Assembly (NCBI RefSeq): GCF_039654945.1 | Contig: NW_027361982.1 | Location: 4,960,001 to 5,024,000, forward strand | Length of the DNA stretch: 64,000 bases | From: Dendrobates tinctorius | Taxonomy: Eukaryota | Direction of reading: 5' to 3' | Part shown: positions 36,016 to 49,545 of the stretch, piece by piece | Layout: each line of letters begins with the position of its first letter | Numbering within the stretch: position 1 is the first letter of the stretch | Program-made: the position numbers and the translations under genes | Notes under the pieces: generated by a model | What the model was told of the DNA's origin: nothing | The model's input: only the letters and a program-made list of their open reading frames with translations | The model's database searches: none

Positions 36016-37406
36016 TTAACTCATAGGAAAATCTGTATAAGGAGCTCACAGATATAAGAGGTTTTAATCTTTGGTATTCAAAGTGTCACCAAAACCGTAA
36101 AAAATAAAGATGTGTAAAAAAAAATAATTATATTTTGAATGTATTAAAAGGTAAAGGGGATAGGAAGACTGATGTCAGTCATTGTTAAAAAAATGTCAAC
36201 GAGTCAAAGTTTGTATTATTCCTAATAGTAGCATTATATGGGATAGAGACATGGTAATATAGCAATATTTAGCGCCACATCGGTATATTCACATATTATA
36301 ATACTGTAAATAGCTGATGAACGTGTCACATAAAGCGTCCTGTTATATAGATTGCATTATACCACTACTTTCTAGACTATTGTGAAGAACTGGTGATGTA
36401 ATAAAAGCCTGAATATCTTTAATAAAATTCTGATTATTAGCAAATATAAAAATAGGAAGTCTCTATCGCAAATAGCAAATCTGCGTGAAAACTGTGAAGG
36501 AATTTTATGAAAAAGAAGCTTTTTTGGAAAGAAGTTAATTATATAATATTGTACTTTTTTTATTGTTTTCTGTACTTGCACCCATGTGTCCCTATGCGTT
36601 GTTTCTTCTTTTATCTTTGTAAAGTAAAAAATAAAAGGAAGAAAAACAATTCCTATTGTGGGCTCTAATAGGTGGTTGTTTTCTTAAAACATAATATAAC
36701 AATAAAATGTCAATACCTATTTGTTTTTTATTATTTTTATCATATGAGGAATATTCTGTCTGCAAGTATAAAACCACTTTTGTACTAGATCAGGTACAGG
36801 ATGAAAAACCATTGCGCGTTGGATCATGTCATTCTAGATAAATTAATGGGGTTGTCTGGTTTTGGAAACAAGTCTCCAAATACCCTTAGAGCATTGCGAT
36901 GTCATAGAGTGGGGTTGCCCTTAATTTCATACTGAGAACTTGGGAATTTGTAGAGTCTAAGGATTTTTGCTAACTAGAGATATGGGAACTCAGTATCTTA
37001 TGGATGCATCCTGAAAGTCCGGCATCAGTTTTCTTGATGGTGGCCAATACCTGATGTGATTGGAGTCCATTGAGGACTCCTTTGATTCTGGTGTAGTAAT
37101 TTGTCACATAGGTTTTGAACAGAGGGTCCATACTGCCATAGACAAAGCAGACAGAAGTTCTACAGATACTTTTGAGGATGGACCTTGTATCCACAACTGA
37201 AGCAGTAATTCTACAAGCTTGTAGCTCATAATGGTTACCATGATTCTGTTGATATGACCAAGGTGTCCAAATTCACATAAAATCAGGTTTTATTGATGGT
37301 ATAAAAAAAATACTGTGACTGGAGTGCATTGAGATCTTGTGTTTGGACCTGGTTTAATCTCCTGTCACTCTGGACTTGGACAAAGGGTTCACACTGTCAT
37401 AGAATA

Positions 37407-39339
37407 CAGTGGCATGTAAAAGTTTGGGCAGCCCTGGTCAAAATTACTGTTATTGTGAATAGTTAAAGAAGATATCCGAGACTTTAGAAAAAAAGGCATG
37501 AAGTTGCTAACAGAGGCGTCGGTCATTGACTGCTCTTGCCAGAGATTCAGCTCAACCCTGGCAACAGAGCAGCAGTTCCTCTTCCTGTTGACAGGGCAGG
37601 ACTACTGGTGTCATGGTGATTGACAGCCGGCTTCCCCAAATTAGGCAGCGGAAGCCGACTGTCAGTCAGCATGTCACCAGTAATAGACCCGTCCTGTCAA
37701 CAGAAAGAGAAACTGCTGCTCTGTTGGCAAGGAAGTAGGTGAATCTCTGGAAGGATCAGTCAATGACCAGCAAAGGGTGCGACAGACAGGTAGTTACCTC
37801 TGTTAGCAGCTACATGCCTTTTTTTCTAAAGTCTCAGATACCCTCTTTAATCAAGTTGAAGATGAAATGATCTCTAAAAGGCATAAAGTTAAAGATGACA
37901 CATTTCCTTTGTATCTTAGGCAAAAAAAAATGCCATTTTTTCCATATTAAAAATTACAAAAATGAAAATGTGCTCATACAAAAGTTTGGGAACCCTTGGA
38001 GATTTGTGCACTCAGTTTATTTTTACCCACCTTTCAGACCTTAATTAGTTTGTTAAGGTTATGGCTTGTTCACTATCATCGTTACAAAAGGTCAGGTGAT
38101 GCAAACTTCCCAGCTTTATGAAAACCCAGCCTCCTCTAATCTAAGCATCTGCCTAGCACTCTGAATATGAAAATGGTGGAGGCCCACAAAGCCGGAGAAA
38201 GCTATACGAAGATAGCAAAGGGTTTTCAAGTTGCCCTTTCCTCCGTTTGAAATGTCATTAAGAAATGGCAGTTAACAGGAACAGTAGAGGTCAAGATAAG
38301 GTCTGGAAGACCAAGCAAAGTTTCAGTGAGAGCTGCTTGTAGGATTGCTAGAATGGCAAATCAGAACCCCTGCTTGACTGCAAAAGACCTTCAGAAGGAT
38401 TTAGCAGACTCTGGAGTTGTGATACATTGTTCTACTGTTCAGAGACACCTACACAAATATGGCCTTCATGGAAGAGTCATCAGAAAAAAACCTCTCCTGA
38501 ATCCGAATCATAAAATTTAGAGTCAGAAGTATTCAAAAGAACATCTCAACAGGCCTGATGCATTTTGGAAACAAGCCCTGTGGACCGATGAGGTTAAAAT
38601 AGAAGTCTGTGGCAACAATGAACAAAGGCATGTGTGGAGAAAAAATGGCACAGAAATTCAGGAAAATAATATTTCGCCAACCATTAGGCATGGGAGTGGA
38701 TCAATTATGCTTTGAGGTTGTGTTGAAACCAATGGCACGGGGTACATTTCATGGGTAGAGGAAAAAGTGGATTTAATGAAATTTCAACAAATTCTTGATG
38801 CAAATATAACGCCATCTGTAAAAAATCTGAAGTTGAAAAGAGGAAGTGGATGGCTTCTACAAATAAATAATGATCCTAAACACATGTCAAAATTCGCAAT
38901 AGACAACCTCAAAATGAGCAAGTCCCCTGATCTGAACATCATTGAAAATCTGTGGCTAGACCTCAAAATAGCAGAGGATGGAAGACACTCCAGGAATCTC
39001 ACAGAACTGGAAGAATTGTACAAGGAAGAATGGATGAAAATCCCTCAAGCAAGAATTTAAAGACTCTTGTCTGGCTACAAAAAGCGTTTACAAGCTGTGA
39101 TCCTTTCAAAAGGGGTGTTACTATACACTAACCTTGCAGGGTGCCCAAACTTTCGTATCAGCGCATTTTCCTTTTTGTAACTTTTAAAATGTAAAAAATT
39201 AAAACATATATTTTTTTTACCCAAAACACAAAGGAAATGTGTCATCTTTAACTTTAGCTATTTTAGCTCTTCAACTTGATTAACTGTTCAGGATAACAGT
39301 AATTTTGACAAGGGGTGCCCAAACGTTTACATGCCACTC
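37407..39339 (+). mobile_element. Decayed Tc1 element
   Basis: TIRs CAGTGGCATGTAAAAGTTTGGGCA / TGCCCAAACGTTTACATGCCACT with TA flanks. Transposase remnants WTDE, NDPKH and SPDLNIIENLW. Confidence 0.9.
37467..37846. mobile_element. T2-type MITE nested in the Tc1 TIR
   Basis: TTAA TSD. Inverted termini AGAAGATATCCGAGACTTTAGAAAAAAAGGCATG / CATGCCTTTTTTTCTAAAGTCTCAGATACCCTCT. Confidence 0.85.
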
Positions 39340-39350
39340 TAAGTGGCCAG

Positions 39351-39472
39351 AAGTGGTGTCCATCTTCTACTGCTTGGTGACTTCACTAATGAACCCTATG
39401 ATATATTGTCTGAGGAACAAAGAGATGAAGAACGTTTCGAGAAAAGTATTTAAAAGGCGAGTGATGGTATGA
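39351..39472 (+). pseudogene. Olfactory receptor 3' fragment (TM7 and C-terminus), diverged duplicate of 34915-35037
   Basis: Reads VVSIFYCLVTSLMNPMIYCLRNKEMKNVSRKVFKRRVMV*. Downstream flank 39473-39720 matches 35038-35281. Confidence 0.9.
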
Positions 39473-40110
39473 ATAGGATAAACACTTGCTCATCGAATTT
39501 TGGGAATAGTTATAGTTTAATATGGAAACCTCCAGCATAATGATTATTCCAAAAAAGGGGGAAATTTTCTTTAAGAATTTTTAACAACCAAGAAAATTTT
39601 AATACCTGGAATAGACTGTGCATTTTCCAGGATTTTCAATCAATGCCATGACAGCACTGAAAACTTAGCTTAACAGTTCTGCTATAGAAAAATTACATGT
39701 AATGGGGGCAGATAAAATCTGAATTCAGGCATCATATTTCTTGATAGTGGTCAATATCTGCTGTGATTGGAGTCCATTGTGGTATCCTTTGATTCTGGTG
39801 TAGTATTTTATCACACAGGTTTTGAAAAAAGGGTCCATAGACAAAGTGGATGGAAGTTCTAGATACTTTCAAAGATGGACCTTGTCACCCACAACTGAAG
39901 CAGTAATTCTACAAGATTGTAGCTCGTCATGATTACCATGATTGTGCTGATACAGCCAAGGATGTCCACATTCACATAAAATCAGGGTTTCTTGATGGTG
40001 ACAAAACATACGGTGACTGGATTACATTGAGAACTCGTGTTTGGACCTAGTTTAATCTCTTATTACTTGGGTCTTGGACAAAGAGTCCACACAGTCATAG
40101 AATACAGTGG

Positions 40111-42170
40111 CATGGCTCCCAACTGTCCCGATTCCAGTCCTGTTTTTGACACCCCCCTCCCGCGTCCCGCCCGGGACGCTATTTTTCCCGCATTGCACTG
40201 AGCCGCCACGCCCCCCCATCCACCGACGCCATGCTCGCCATCCCAGATAGATGCACCACAGCCTGCAATGATGTGGCTGGGCTGTGTGTGTTCTGTGCGC
40301 AGAGGACCTGTGAGAGGAGGAGTCAGGGGTCACAGGATCAGGTGCCTCTGTGTCTATGTGGCTGGGCTGTGTGTATTCTTTGCGCACAGGACCTGTGAGA
40401 GGGGAGGAGTCAGGGGTCACATGATCAGGGCCGTGTCCGCCTCCATGTCTGTCTGTACTCGGCAGGACTCTGCTGTGCTGGTTGTCATGGTGCTGGATGA
40501 GGTAAAGTTTGTTTCTGTGTGGGGTCAGGAGGGTTTTACAGTGTGGATGTAGCAGAGCTGTGTGTGTTTGAGGTGTACGGAGCAGAGCCGTGTGTGTACG
40601 AGGTGTACGGAGCAGAGCTGCGTGTGTATGAGGTGTACAGAGCGGAGCCGCACGTGTACAAGGTGTACGGAGTGGAGCTGTGTGTGTACGAGGTGTACGG
40701 AGCAGAGCCGTGTGTGAGAGGTGTACAGAGCGGAGCCCTGTGTGTATGAGGTGTACAGAGCGGAGCTGCACGTGTACAAGGTGTACGGAGCCACATGTGT
40801 ATCAGGTGTATGGAGCGGAATCGCGTGTGTACGAGGTGTGGGGAGAGGTGCCACGTGTGTACGAGGTGTACGGAGTGGAGCCGCATGTGTACGAGGTGTA
40901 CGGAGTGGAGCTGCATGTGTGCGAGGTGTACAGAGTGAAGCTGCATGTGTATGAGGTGTACAGAGCGGAGCCGCGCATGTACGGAGCGGAGTTGCATTTG
41001 TACGGAGCGAAGCAGCGTGTGTATGGAGCGGAGCCGCGCATGTATGAGGTGTACGGAGCGGAGCCGCTTGTGTACGGGGCGTACAGAGCAGAGTCGCGTG
41101 TGTACGGAGCGGAGCCGCGTGTGTACGAGGTGTATGGAGCGGAGTCCTGTGTACTTGGTGTACAGAGCAGAGCCACGTGTGTATGGGGGGTATGAGAAGC
41201 CGTGTGTGTACGGAGTGGAGCCATATGTGTACTGGATGTACGGAGCGAAGCCAAGTGTGTACGAGGCATACAAAGTTGACTTTCCCCACGGACACAGGAG
41301 TACACGGCGGAGCCCGAGGAGCACTTTAAAACTTGCACATGACGTTCCACCGGAAGTGATGCGCTGGAAGCTGACCGGAAATAAGGTAATTTCAAGAGGA
41401 GATTGTAACGGAACCAGGAATGCTTCAGATCCATCACCATGTCCTCCTCCGACAGCACGGACAGCAGGATCGCCTTGGAATCAGAGATGCCGGCCATGTG
41501 AGCGGATCATGATATGTCCTGCATCGGGAGGCTCAGGTGGGCATTACAATGGGAGCCGGGCTGCTATAGTATCTTTATAGAATTTTTCTTTCTTTCTCTC
41601 TCTCTGTTTCTTTCTTTCTCTGTTCTTTCTTTATCTCTGTTTCTTTCTNNNNNNNNNNNNNNNNNNNNNNNNNNNNNNNNNNNNNNNNNNNNNNNNNNNN
41701 NNNNNNNNNNNNNNNNNNNNNNNNNNNNNNNNNNNNNNNNNNNNNNNNNNNNNNNNNNNNNNNNNNNNNNNNNNNNNNNNNNNNNNNNNNNNNNNNNCTT
41801 TCTGTTCTTTCTTTCCCCTTTCTTCCTCTCTCTCTCTGTTCTTTCTTTTGCTCTCTGTTCTTCCTTTCCACTCTTTCTTTCTCTCTCTGTTCTTTCTCTC
41901 TCTCTCCTCTCTTTCTTTCTTTCTCTCTATTTTCTTTTTTGTCTCTATCTGTTTTCTTTCTTTCTTTTCCTTAGTACCAGTCAGTGTGCCCACAGTACCA
42001 GCCACTGTACCCAGTCAGTGTGATCAGCAGTGCTAAATGGGTGCGGCTGGGCATGGACATAGGTGTGGCTAGTCATGACATGGGTGTGGTCGGGGCGTGG
42101 CCTAAAATTTGCGGCTGTGCGCGCCGTAGCCTTTGTCCCTCTTTCCCTTCTTCAAAAGTCGGGCGGTATG
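40111..42170. mobile_element. Non-autonomous hAT-like element with an internal minisatellite
   Basis: Termini CATGGCTCCCAAC / GTCGGGCGGTATG, near 8-bp TSD TACAGTGG / CACAGTGG. ~30-bp minisatellite (GAGCCGTGTGTGTACGAGGTGTACGGAGCA) at 40550-41270 and a CT-rich tract with Ns at 41585-41965. Confidence 0.7.
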
Positions 42171-42351
42171 CACAGTGGCCAGAAATTCTACAGATACTTT
42201 TGAGGATGAACCTTGCTGAACACAACTGAAGCATTAATTCTACAAGCTTGTAGCTCATTATGAACCATGATTGTGCTGATACGGCCAAGGTGAACAAGGA
42301 TGACTCTTTTACTTTGTGGGACCATACTTTGGTTAACGAGAACATCGTATT

Positions 42352-42870
42352 GATAATAAATGATAAAAGTTATATTTCTATAGAGCCAACATATTCTGCA
42401 GAACTTTACAATTCAGGGGGAACTTGTACAGTCAATAAAGATGTAACCGAGTAAACACATAATTCAACAGATACGTAGAGGAAGGCCCTGCTCATAAGCA
42501 ACATTCTATAAGGAAATAGGGGGACACAAAAGGTAAAAGCAAAATACTTGTCATATAAGGTACAACCATCAATACAATAGGAGCATTCAAATAACACTGC
42601 ATAAACCAGTCACCACTCATTATGTGTGCAAGTTCAGATATAAAGTGCTACCCAGTGCATGAAAGAGAGAACAGGCGATAGTTAAATTAGTGAGCTGATA
42701 AATCTAAAGAAATGTGTTTTTAGGGCATGCTTGAAACTGTGGATACTGGGAATTGCACGGATTGTCTGGGGTAATGGATTCCAGAAACTGGTGCAGCACG
42801 AAAGAAGTCCTGGAGACAGGAGTGGGAGGTTTGAAATATAAGGATGACAGTCTTAGGTCATTAGCGGATA
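42352..42870 (-). mobile_element. L2/CR1-group LINE 3' remnant
   Basis: AT-rich tail-like start, and 3' sequence similar to the inserts at 46506-46663 and 56028-56420. Confidence 0.5.
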
Positions 42871-43701
42871 TACTTTACAAAACCATGGATAAGAGTAACA
42901 CATTTTTGGGAAATTGAGTACATCCTTTTATCTATTTCTGGACAATGCCTTTAAAGCTTTCTAAATTATTAGAGCCCAAGATCTAGTCACAGTGAGGCTC
43001 AGAAGAAGGCAGAATGGTCAACACATGTTGGACCAACCTGCCCAATCTTTTCTTCTTGTGAGATCCGATTTTGTAGAACAATTGTTTTTGCATGAAATGA
43101 ACCCTTGTGTGTGTAAAATAAGAAAAGTGGATTATCAGCTTCAGTGAAGACAGACAGTAGACATTGTTCCTTCTTCTCTGGTTACATGCTGGTTAAAAAT
43201 TGTAAGATTCAAATATTCAGTGGAATCTCTTGGGATCTTTTCCCCAGATATAATGCTGTGTCTGGAGTCCATAAATACCTGCATTGTGTGTTCATTAGGG
43301 GGTCGGGCTGGATATGATTTTATGTATCGTACAGGTCTGTATCGTGCAGCAGCTGTGGTTCCAGCTATGAGGGATTACCTTATTGGCTCTATGATAACAG
43401 TACATGCACACTATGATCAGAAAGATGATAAACCTCATCAGAACGTGTCCCGGGGGGGGTTGTCCATTTCTGGAACTGAAGAATCCTGCTGTAATGTGCT
43501 AAAATATCTAATATAGAAAAATATGCACCAAACCATAACAAATACAATGACCAAAAACAGAAAGAAACCCTTAAAAAAAAATGATAAATAGCCAGGTAAA
43601 GTAAGAAATATATATTTATTCATAATAATATATAGGTTCAAAAACAAGGAAAACGCCTGAAAAATGCAAAAAAAAAACCACCAAAACTGCGCAGTTACAA
43701 A

Positions 43702-44442
43702 ATTTTAAACACACCCTTCATAAAAGAAGGAAAAAGGAATGTATAGACTAAACAATATTTTTATTAAATTCCAAAATCCAAATATTAATAACAATAGTCA
43801 TAAAAGGATGCCTCAGGTCAAAAAAGAGACCGGTAAAATCCTGCTACCCACCAATAATTGATTCATTAAAGCGCAGCACAAACGGTTTTCAAATATAAAA
43901 GATTTTCCCATAGATTTTTTGCAACAGCACTTGGGTATACCTAAGCTGCCAGTACATGTCAAAAATGCAGGTGCTTAATAAAGTGCCATAGTACAAACAA
44001 GGTATACCACAAGCGAGAACACATATAAATAATGCCCGACAAAAAGACTCTGAAGGTGTCTCAGAGCATGTAAGCAAAATTGCAAATTGCAAGTACAGGT
44101 AAATATATCCCCACGTGGGATTCAAACAAATATACTCAATGGCCACAAGACTAAGAAACCCTATAAAGTGCCTTAGTGCATATAACTAATGTTGCAAAAA
44201 GTAAAAGTAAATGGGTATGAAAAACGCATGAAAAGAAGTGCATATATTTGTCTTTACCTTGGTGGGGACAGGGCAGTTCTACCCTCCATCAAGGTAAAGA
44301 CTGAATTATACCTGTCTCTATTTTGACCTGAGGCATCCTTTTATGAGTATTGTTATTAATGTATGGATTTTTGAATTTGATAAAAATATTGTTTAGTCTA
44401 TGCATCCCTTTCTCCTTCTTTTATGGAGGGTGTGTTTAAAAT
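43702..44442. repeat. Inverted repeat, ~140-bp arms with a ~460-bp spacer
   Basis: 43702-43840 is the reverse complement of 44302-44442 (e.g. AAAAGGATGCCTCAGGTCAAAA / TTTTGACCTGAGGCATCCTTTT). Confidence 0.85.
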
Positions 44443-45511
44443 ATTTTGATATGGGAGTGCGACTTTAGTGTATCTAACTAAGGACTAACATGTATAGCAG
44501 TTACAAAATTGTCACTAAAGATTTGGTAAGAACATATATATGTTCACAAGATAAAGCCAAAAATTGCAGACTCAATGAGAAATAATTAATGGTGCAAAAG
44601 CTATTCTGAATTAGTGAATGATTAATATAGGTAATAAATCAGTGTAAGCAATTCATTAGACAAATGCAGAATAAATAACGAAAGGTATCAAATAATCTAC
44701 AAATTCAAGATGCAATGGAAAATAGTTAGGTCAAAAAAAGTCCTAAAGTCATACATGAATAATAAATAGTTGTGAAAAATTTTTTGGACAAATCGAGAAT
44801 AAATAATGAAAGTTATTGAATACTGTAATAGAAGAACATTTCATTAGACCAAACACCACCATGAATCAATAAGTCACTGCATACAAAGAAAGACCCCATC
44901 TGTGTCACCTGCCGGGATTACGCCAGCCCCCCCAATATTGGGGCTGATTCCTATTCCATTATTAATAACTGTTCCCAGAATATATTGATATTTTACATTT
45001 CACTTTTCTTTTTCCATCTTCATCTGCATTGTCGGGATTATATTCTGTTTGTGGTCGGGGTGTAGGATCCTGCATTTTAGAACAGCAGCAAAGGCAACAA
45101 TTTGCATTTTGTTTTCGTCTTTGAAAATTGTCCAAGTGTTTAAAGACTTTAAGATATTCTCAGAATTGCCACGCAGAACTTGGTAAATGTATTTAATATC
45201 ACCTAAAGTCTCTGAGGTTCAAATTTCGAATTGCAGTGACCACAGACGTCACATGCAGAAGTATTAGGCGCCCTGCTAAGTGCGATCACTGTGAACCTTT
45301 CTTCTGATCAGAGTAAAGTGCCGCCATAATAAATGCAGAGCTGCATGCCACTTTATAACAAAAGCCTTCTAAAGAAACTAAGCAAAGAATTGGTGCTCTC
45401 CACCGGCAGCAAACACATTCAGGCAAACATTAAAGGTCCATGTAGGGATCCTTAGTTGTGGCTTGGTCAGGAACGCTTAGTGATACAAAGCAGAACCACA
45501 GAATAATCCAG

Positions 45512-45779
45512 TTTCAGAGAATTTGATCTGCGACACTCATCAAATGTCCAATCAGTTTCTTTTATTCATGGATAGCAGGAACATGGAAGCATTATAGCTC
45601 AAAATCAACGTACGGGCGCTTTGCATGTGAATACGCTTTCTCGAGGCCTTGAAAAAGCATTCACATGCGAAACAGCTGCAGGTCGCTTCTGGAATACTAT
45701 GTTTCCATATGTCTGCTATTCATGAATAAAATAAACTGAATAGGCGTTTGGTGCGATCCGCAGATCATATTCTCTGAAA
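45512..45779. repeat. Foldback with a central variant hammerhead-like motif (Penelope-like)
   Basis: Arms TTTCAGAGAATTTGATCTGCG.../...CGCAGATCATATTCTCTGAAA. Motif CCTTGAAAAAGCAT-TCAC-ATGCGAAACAGCTG at 45647-45678. Confidence 0.65.
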
Positions 45780-46119
45780 TTAGAGCCTTGTAAAGATGTT
45801 TGACATAGACCAGGACTTCGAGCTACTGCAATCTGCAAACATGTTTGGATCTAGAGACATATCCTTTTTTCTATGCCTTTCTTCTTTTCTTCTTTTATTT
45901 AAGATATCCTGAGATAAGTTTCACAAGATTTTCAGCTTTGATGAAAAAAAAAAACATTACATCACAAAAGAGCACTGCAAAAGATTTTTTTTTCTTAAGT
46001 AGGACATCTGGCATCGTTCATGTTGGATAGAAATAGTAATCTAGGACTCCGAACCAATTAAGAATCTGAAATGGCTTCTGAATTGTGCATAGGAAGAAGA
46101 GCTGTATGGTATACATATA

Positions 46120-47838
46120 CAAGTGCTTCTCACAAAATTAGAATATTATCAAAAAGTTAATTTATTTCAGTTCTTCAATACTAACAGTGAAACTCATATA
46201 TTATATAGAGTTATTACACACAGAGTGATCTATTTCACGTGTTTATTTCTGCTAATGTTGGTGATTATTACAGCCAATGAAAACCCAAAAGTCATTATCT
46301 CAGCAAATAGGAATAATTAACAAAAAACACCTGCAAAGGCTTCCTAAGCATTTAATAAGGTCCTATAGTATGTTTGAGTAGCTCCACAATCATGGGAAAG
46401 ACTGCTGACTTGACAGATGTCCAGAAGGCAGTCATTGACACACTCCACAAGGAGGGTAAGCCACAAAAGGTCATTCTAAAGAAGCTGGCTGTTCACAGAG
46501 TGCTGTATTATTATTATTTATTTATATAGCACCATTGATTGCATGGTGCTGTACATGAGAAGGGGTTAAATACAAATTACAGGTATCACTTACAGTAAAG
46601 AAACTACAATAACAGACTGATGCAGAGGGGAAATGACCCTGCCCTTGTGAGCTTACATTCTATTGGATGTATCTAAGCATATTAATGGAAAGGTGAGTGG
46701 AAGGAAAAAGTGTGGTAGAAAAAGGTGCACAAGCAACCGTGATAACCATAGCCTTGAAAGGATTGTTATGAAAAGGCCATTCAAAAAGGATGGGAAGATT
46801 CACAAGGAGTGGACTGCTGCTGGAGTCATTGCTTCAAGAGCCACCACACACAGACGTATCCAGGACATGGGCTACAAGTGTCGCATTCCTTGTGTCAAGC
46901 CACTTATGACCAATAGACAACACCAGAAGCGTCTTACCAGGGCCAAGGAGAAAAAGAACTGGACTGTTGCTCAGTGGTCTGAGGTGTTGTTTCCAGATGA
47001 AAGTAGATTTTGCATTTCATTTGGAAATCAAGGTCCCAGAGTCTAGAGGAAGAGTGGAGAGGCCACAATCCAAGCTGCTTGAGGTTTGAGGTCTAGTGTG
47101 AAGTTTCCACAATCAGTGATAGTTTGGTGAGCCATGTCATCTGCTGGTGTAGGTCCACTGTGTTTTATCAAGACCAAAGTCAGCGCAGCCATCTACCAGG
47201 AAATTTTAGAGCACCTCATGCTTCCCTCTGCCGACAAGCTTTTTGGAGATGGAAATGTCATTCTCCAGCAGGACTTGGCACCTGTCCACACTGCCAAAAG
47301 TACCAGTACATGGTTTACAAACAACAGTATCACTGTGCTTGATTGGCCAACAATCTCGCCTGACCTTAACCCCATAGAGAATCTATGGGGTACTGTCAAG
47401 AGGAAGCTGAGACACGAGACCCACCAATGCAGATGAGCTGAAGGCTACTATGAATGCAATCTTGACTTCCATAACACCTCAGCAGTGCCACAGTCTGATT
47501 GCCTCCATGCCACACCGCATTGATGCAGTAATTGATGCAAAAGGAGCTCCGACCAAGTATTGAGTGCATTTACTGAACATACATTCATGTAGGCCAACAT
47601 TTCGGATTTTAAAATAATTTTTCAAGCTGGTGTTATAAAGTATTCTAATTTACTGAGATAATGACTTGGGTTTTCATTGGCGGTAAGCCATAATCATCAA
47701 CGTTAACAGAAATAAACACGTGAAATAGATCACTCTGTGTGTAATGACTCTATATCATATATAAGTTTAACTTTTTGTATTGAAGAACTGAAATAAATTA
47801 AGTTTTTGATGATATTATAACTTTGTGAGAAGCACCTG
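46120..47838 (+). mobile_element. Tc1 (DD34E) element with long TIRs, decayed, with an L2-derived insert at 46506-46663
   Basis: Termini CAAGTGCTTCTCACAAA / TTTGTGAGAAGCACCTG with TA TSD. ATG at 46392. Motifs FPDES, QQDLAPVH and [12 protein letters not shown] (34-residue spacing). Confidence 0.92.
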
Positions 47839-48027
47839 TATATGTTTGTGTCACACTTCTGAGGTTACCCGATGATACACTCTTGCACTCTTTTTGAGCT
47901 TGGACACAATATCGGTTCCTCATAGTGGGTGTGATACTTTTATTTACCTCTTGGCCTGTTTTATGCATGTAATTCTTTGACACATCTCGATCTTCTCTGA
48001 CTGTATGACTATTGTGTTCTAGGTAGA

Positions 48028-49026
48028 ATGCCAAAAGCAGACAATGGGAACCGCAGTATTGCCTCTTCCTTCATTATCGTTGGGTTTGAAACCTTACGGG
48101 AGCTTGAGGTTGTGTTGTTTGCACTCTTCACGGGTATGTACATCCTCACTATTGGAGCCCATTTCCTCATTGTTACATTGGTGGCAGTGGACAAGCGTTT
48201 ACATAAACCCATGTACCTACTCCTAGCCAACTTCTCCATGCTGGAGGTGCTCTACACCACGGTGACTGTTCCAAAAATGCTCGATACCTTACTGACTCAA
48301 CAAAAAATTATTTCCTCCCCATTCTGCCTGGCTCAGTTCTACTTTCTGTTTGGTTTTGGCGCAGCCGAGAACTGTCTTCTTGCAGTGATGGCCTATGACC
48401 GATATCTAGCCATATGCAGGCCCCTTCATTATGCCACAATGATGACTAGTCGAACCAGCATTAATTTGGCTCTTGGAGCTTGGGTTGGAGGCCTCTTGGC
48501 TGCTTCCCCTCCAGCTATGTGGATTTCCACTTTGAAATTCTGCTTTCCCAATTTTATAGACCATTTCTTCTGTGATTACGCCCCTCTCCTAAAGCTCTCG
48601 TGTGAGGACACATCAGCAGGAGAGTTTGCTTTTATGGTCATGTCCTGGAGTGTTATTTTGGGCTGCTTTTTCCTAATCATGGTGTCGTATAGCCTCATTA
48701 TTTTTGCTGTACTAAAAATCCCATCAACTAATGGTCAGAGGAAAGCATTCAGCACTTGTGCTTCCCACCTGGCCGTGGTGTCTATTTTTTATGGGACTGT
48801 CATATTCATGTACATTCGGCCCACCTCTCATATTAGGTTTTCCATGGATAAGGTGATATCCATCTTCTATTGTGTAGTAACTCCTTTAATGAATCCCATC
48901 ATATACTGTCTGCGGAACCAGGAGGTGAAGGGTGCGGTGATCAAAACTTTACATATGTTGGCAAAAAGTGAAAATGACATTTTATTGAGTCCGTGTGATC
49001 AAAGCCATCATCTTCCCAGGAAATAA
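48028..49026 (+). CDS. Olfactory receptor (class II, OR6/OR11-like), 332 aa, intact; paralogue of 34093-35037
   Basis: LHKPMYLLLANFS, MAYDRYLAICRPLHY, HFFCDYAPLLKLSC, KAFSTCASHL and PLMNPIIYCLRNQEVK. N-glycosylation site NRS. Acceptor TTGTGTTCTAG ends 5 nt upstream of the ATG. Confidence 0.97.
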   Translation: MPKADNGNRSIASSFIIVGFETLRELEVVLFALFTGMYILTIGAHFLIVTLVAVDKRLHKPMYLLLANFSMLEVLYTTVTVPKMLDTLLTQQKIISSPFCLAQFYFLFGFGAAENCLLAVMAYDRYLAICRPLHYATMMTSRTSINLALGAWVGGLLAASPPAMWISTLKFCFPNFIDHFFCDYAPLLKLSCEDTSAGEFAFMVMSWSVILGCFFLIMVSYSLIIFAVLKIPSTNGQRKAFSTCASHLAVVSIFYGTVIFMYIRPTSHIRFSMDKVISIFYCVVTPLMNPIIYCLRNQEVKGAVIKTLHMLAKSENDILLSPCDQSHHLPRK

Positions 49027-49545
49027 AAATGGCTTCCAACGTTAGTCCACACTGTACATACATGATGTGTGAATGTGACCTCATCATTTACACCGTGACA
49101 TCAGTTGTGAGATGAAGATGATCAATGCGTGATGGACTACAGTCTTATTAATGCCAATAACAACAATTTGGAAGTTTGCTTTCATTCCTTAAGACCCCAT
49201 GTAGAATTTCTCACTTTCTCAGAAGTCATCAATATTTTTCTTTACTTTTTAAAGTTTGTACAAATATTAATTTACATCACACAATTAAATGCCTGACCTG
49301 TTGGTGTATATGTGTTTTTTATAGGTTACATGTGGAATCATGTAAAACGAGAAACTATATTTCTCCCTTTTTCAAACAAAATGATTGTTATATGTCTTGA
49401 TTCTCCAAGCCCTTGAGCTTGGTTGATATCGCCAGCAATGCCATCCATGGCCACTCTTCAATGTAGCGTTACATGGAGCAAAGAGAGACCAATTCCAAAA
49501 AGAAGAGGTGCCGGTGGAACAGGGTTTATAACATCAGAACGGTAT

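Noticed and set aside
40052-41580. Overlapping 170-260-aa ORFs on both strands
   Set aside because: Produced by the ~30-bp minisatellite; no domain signal.
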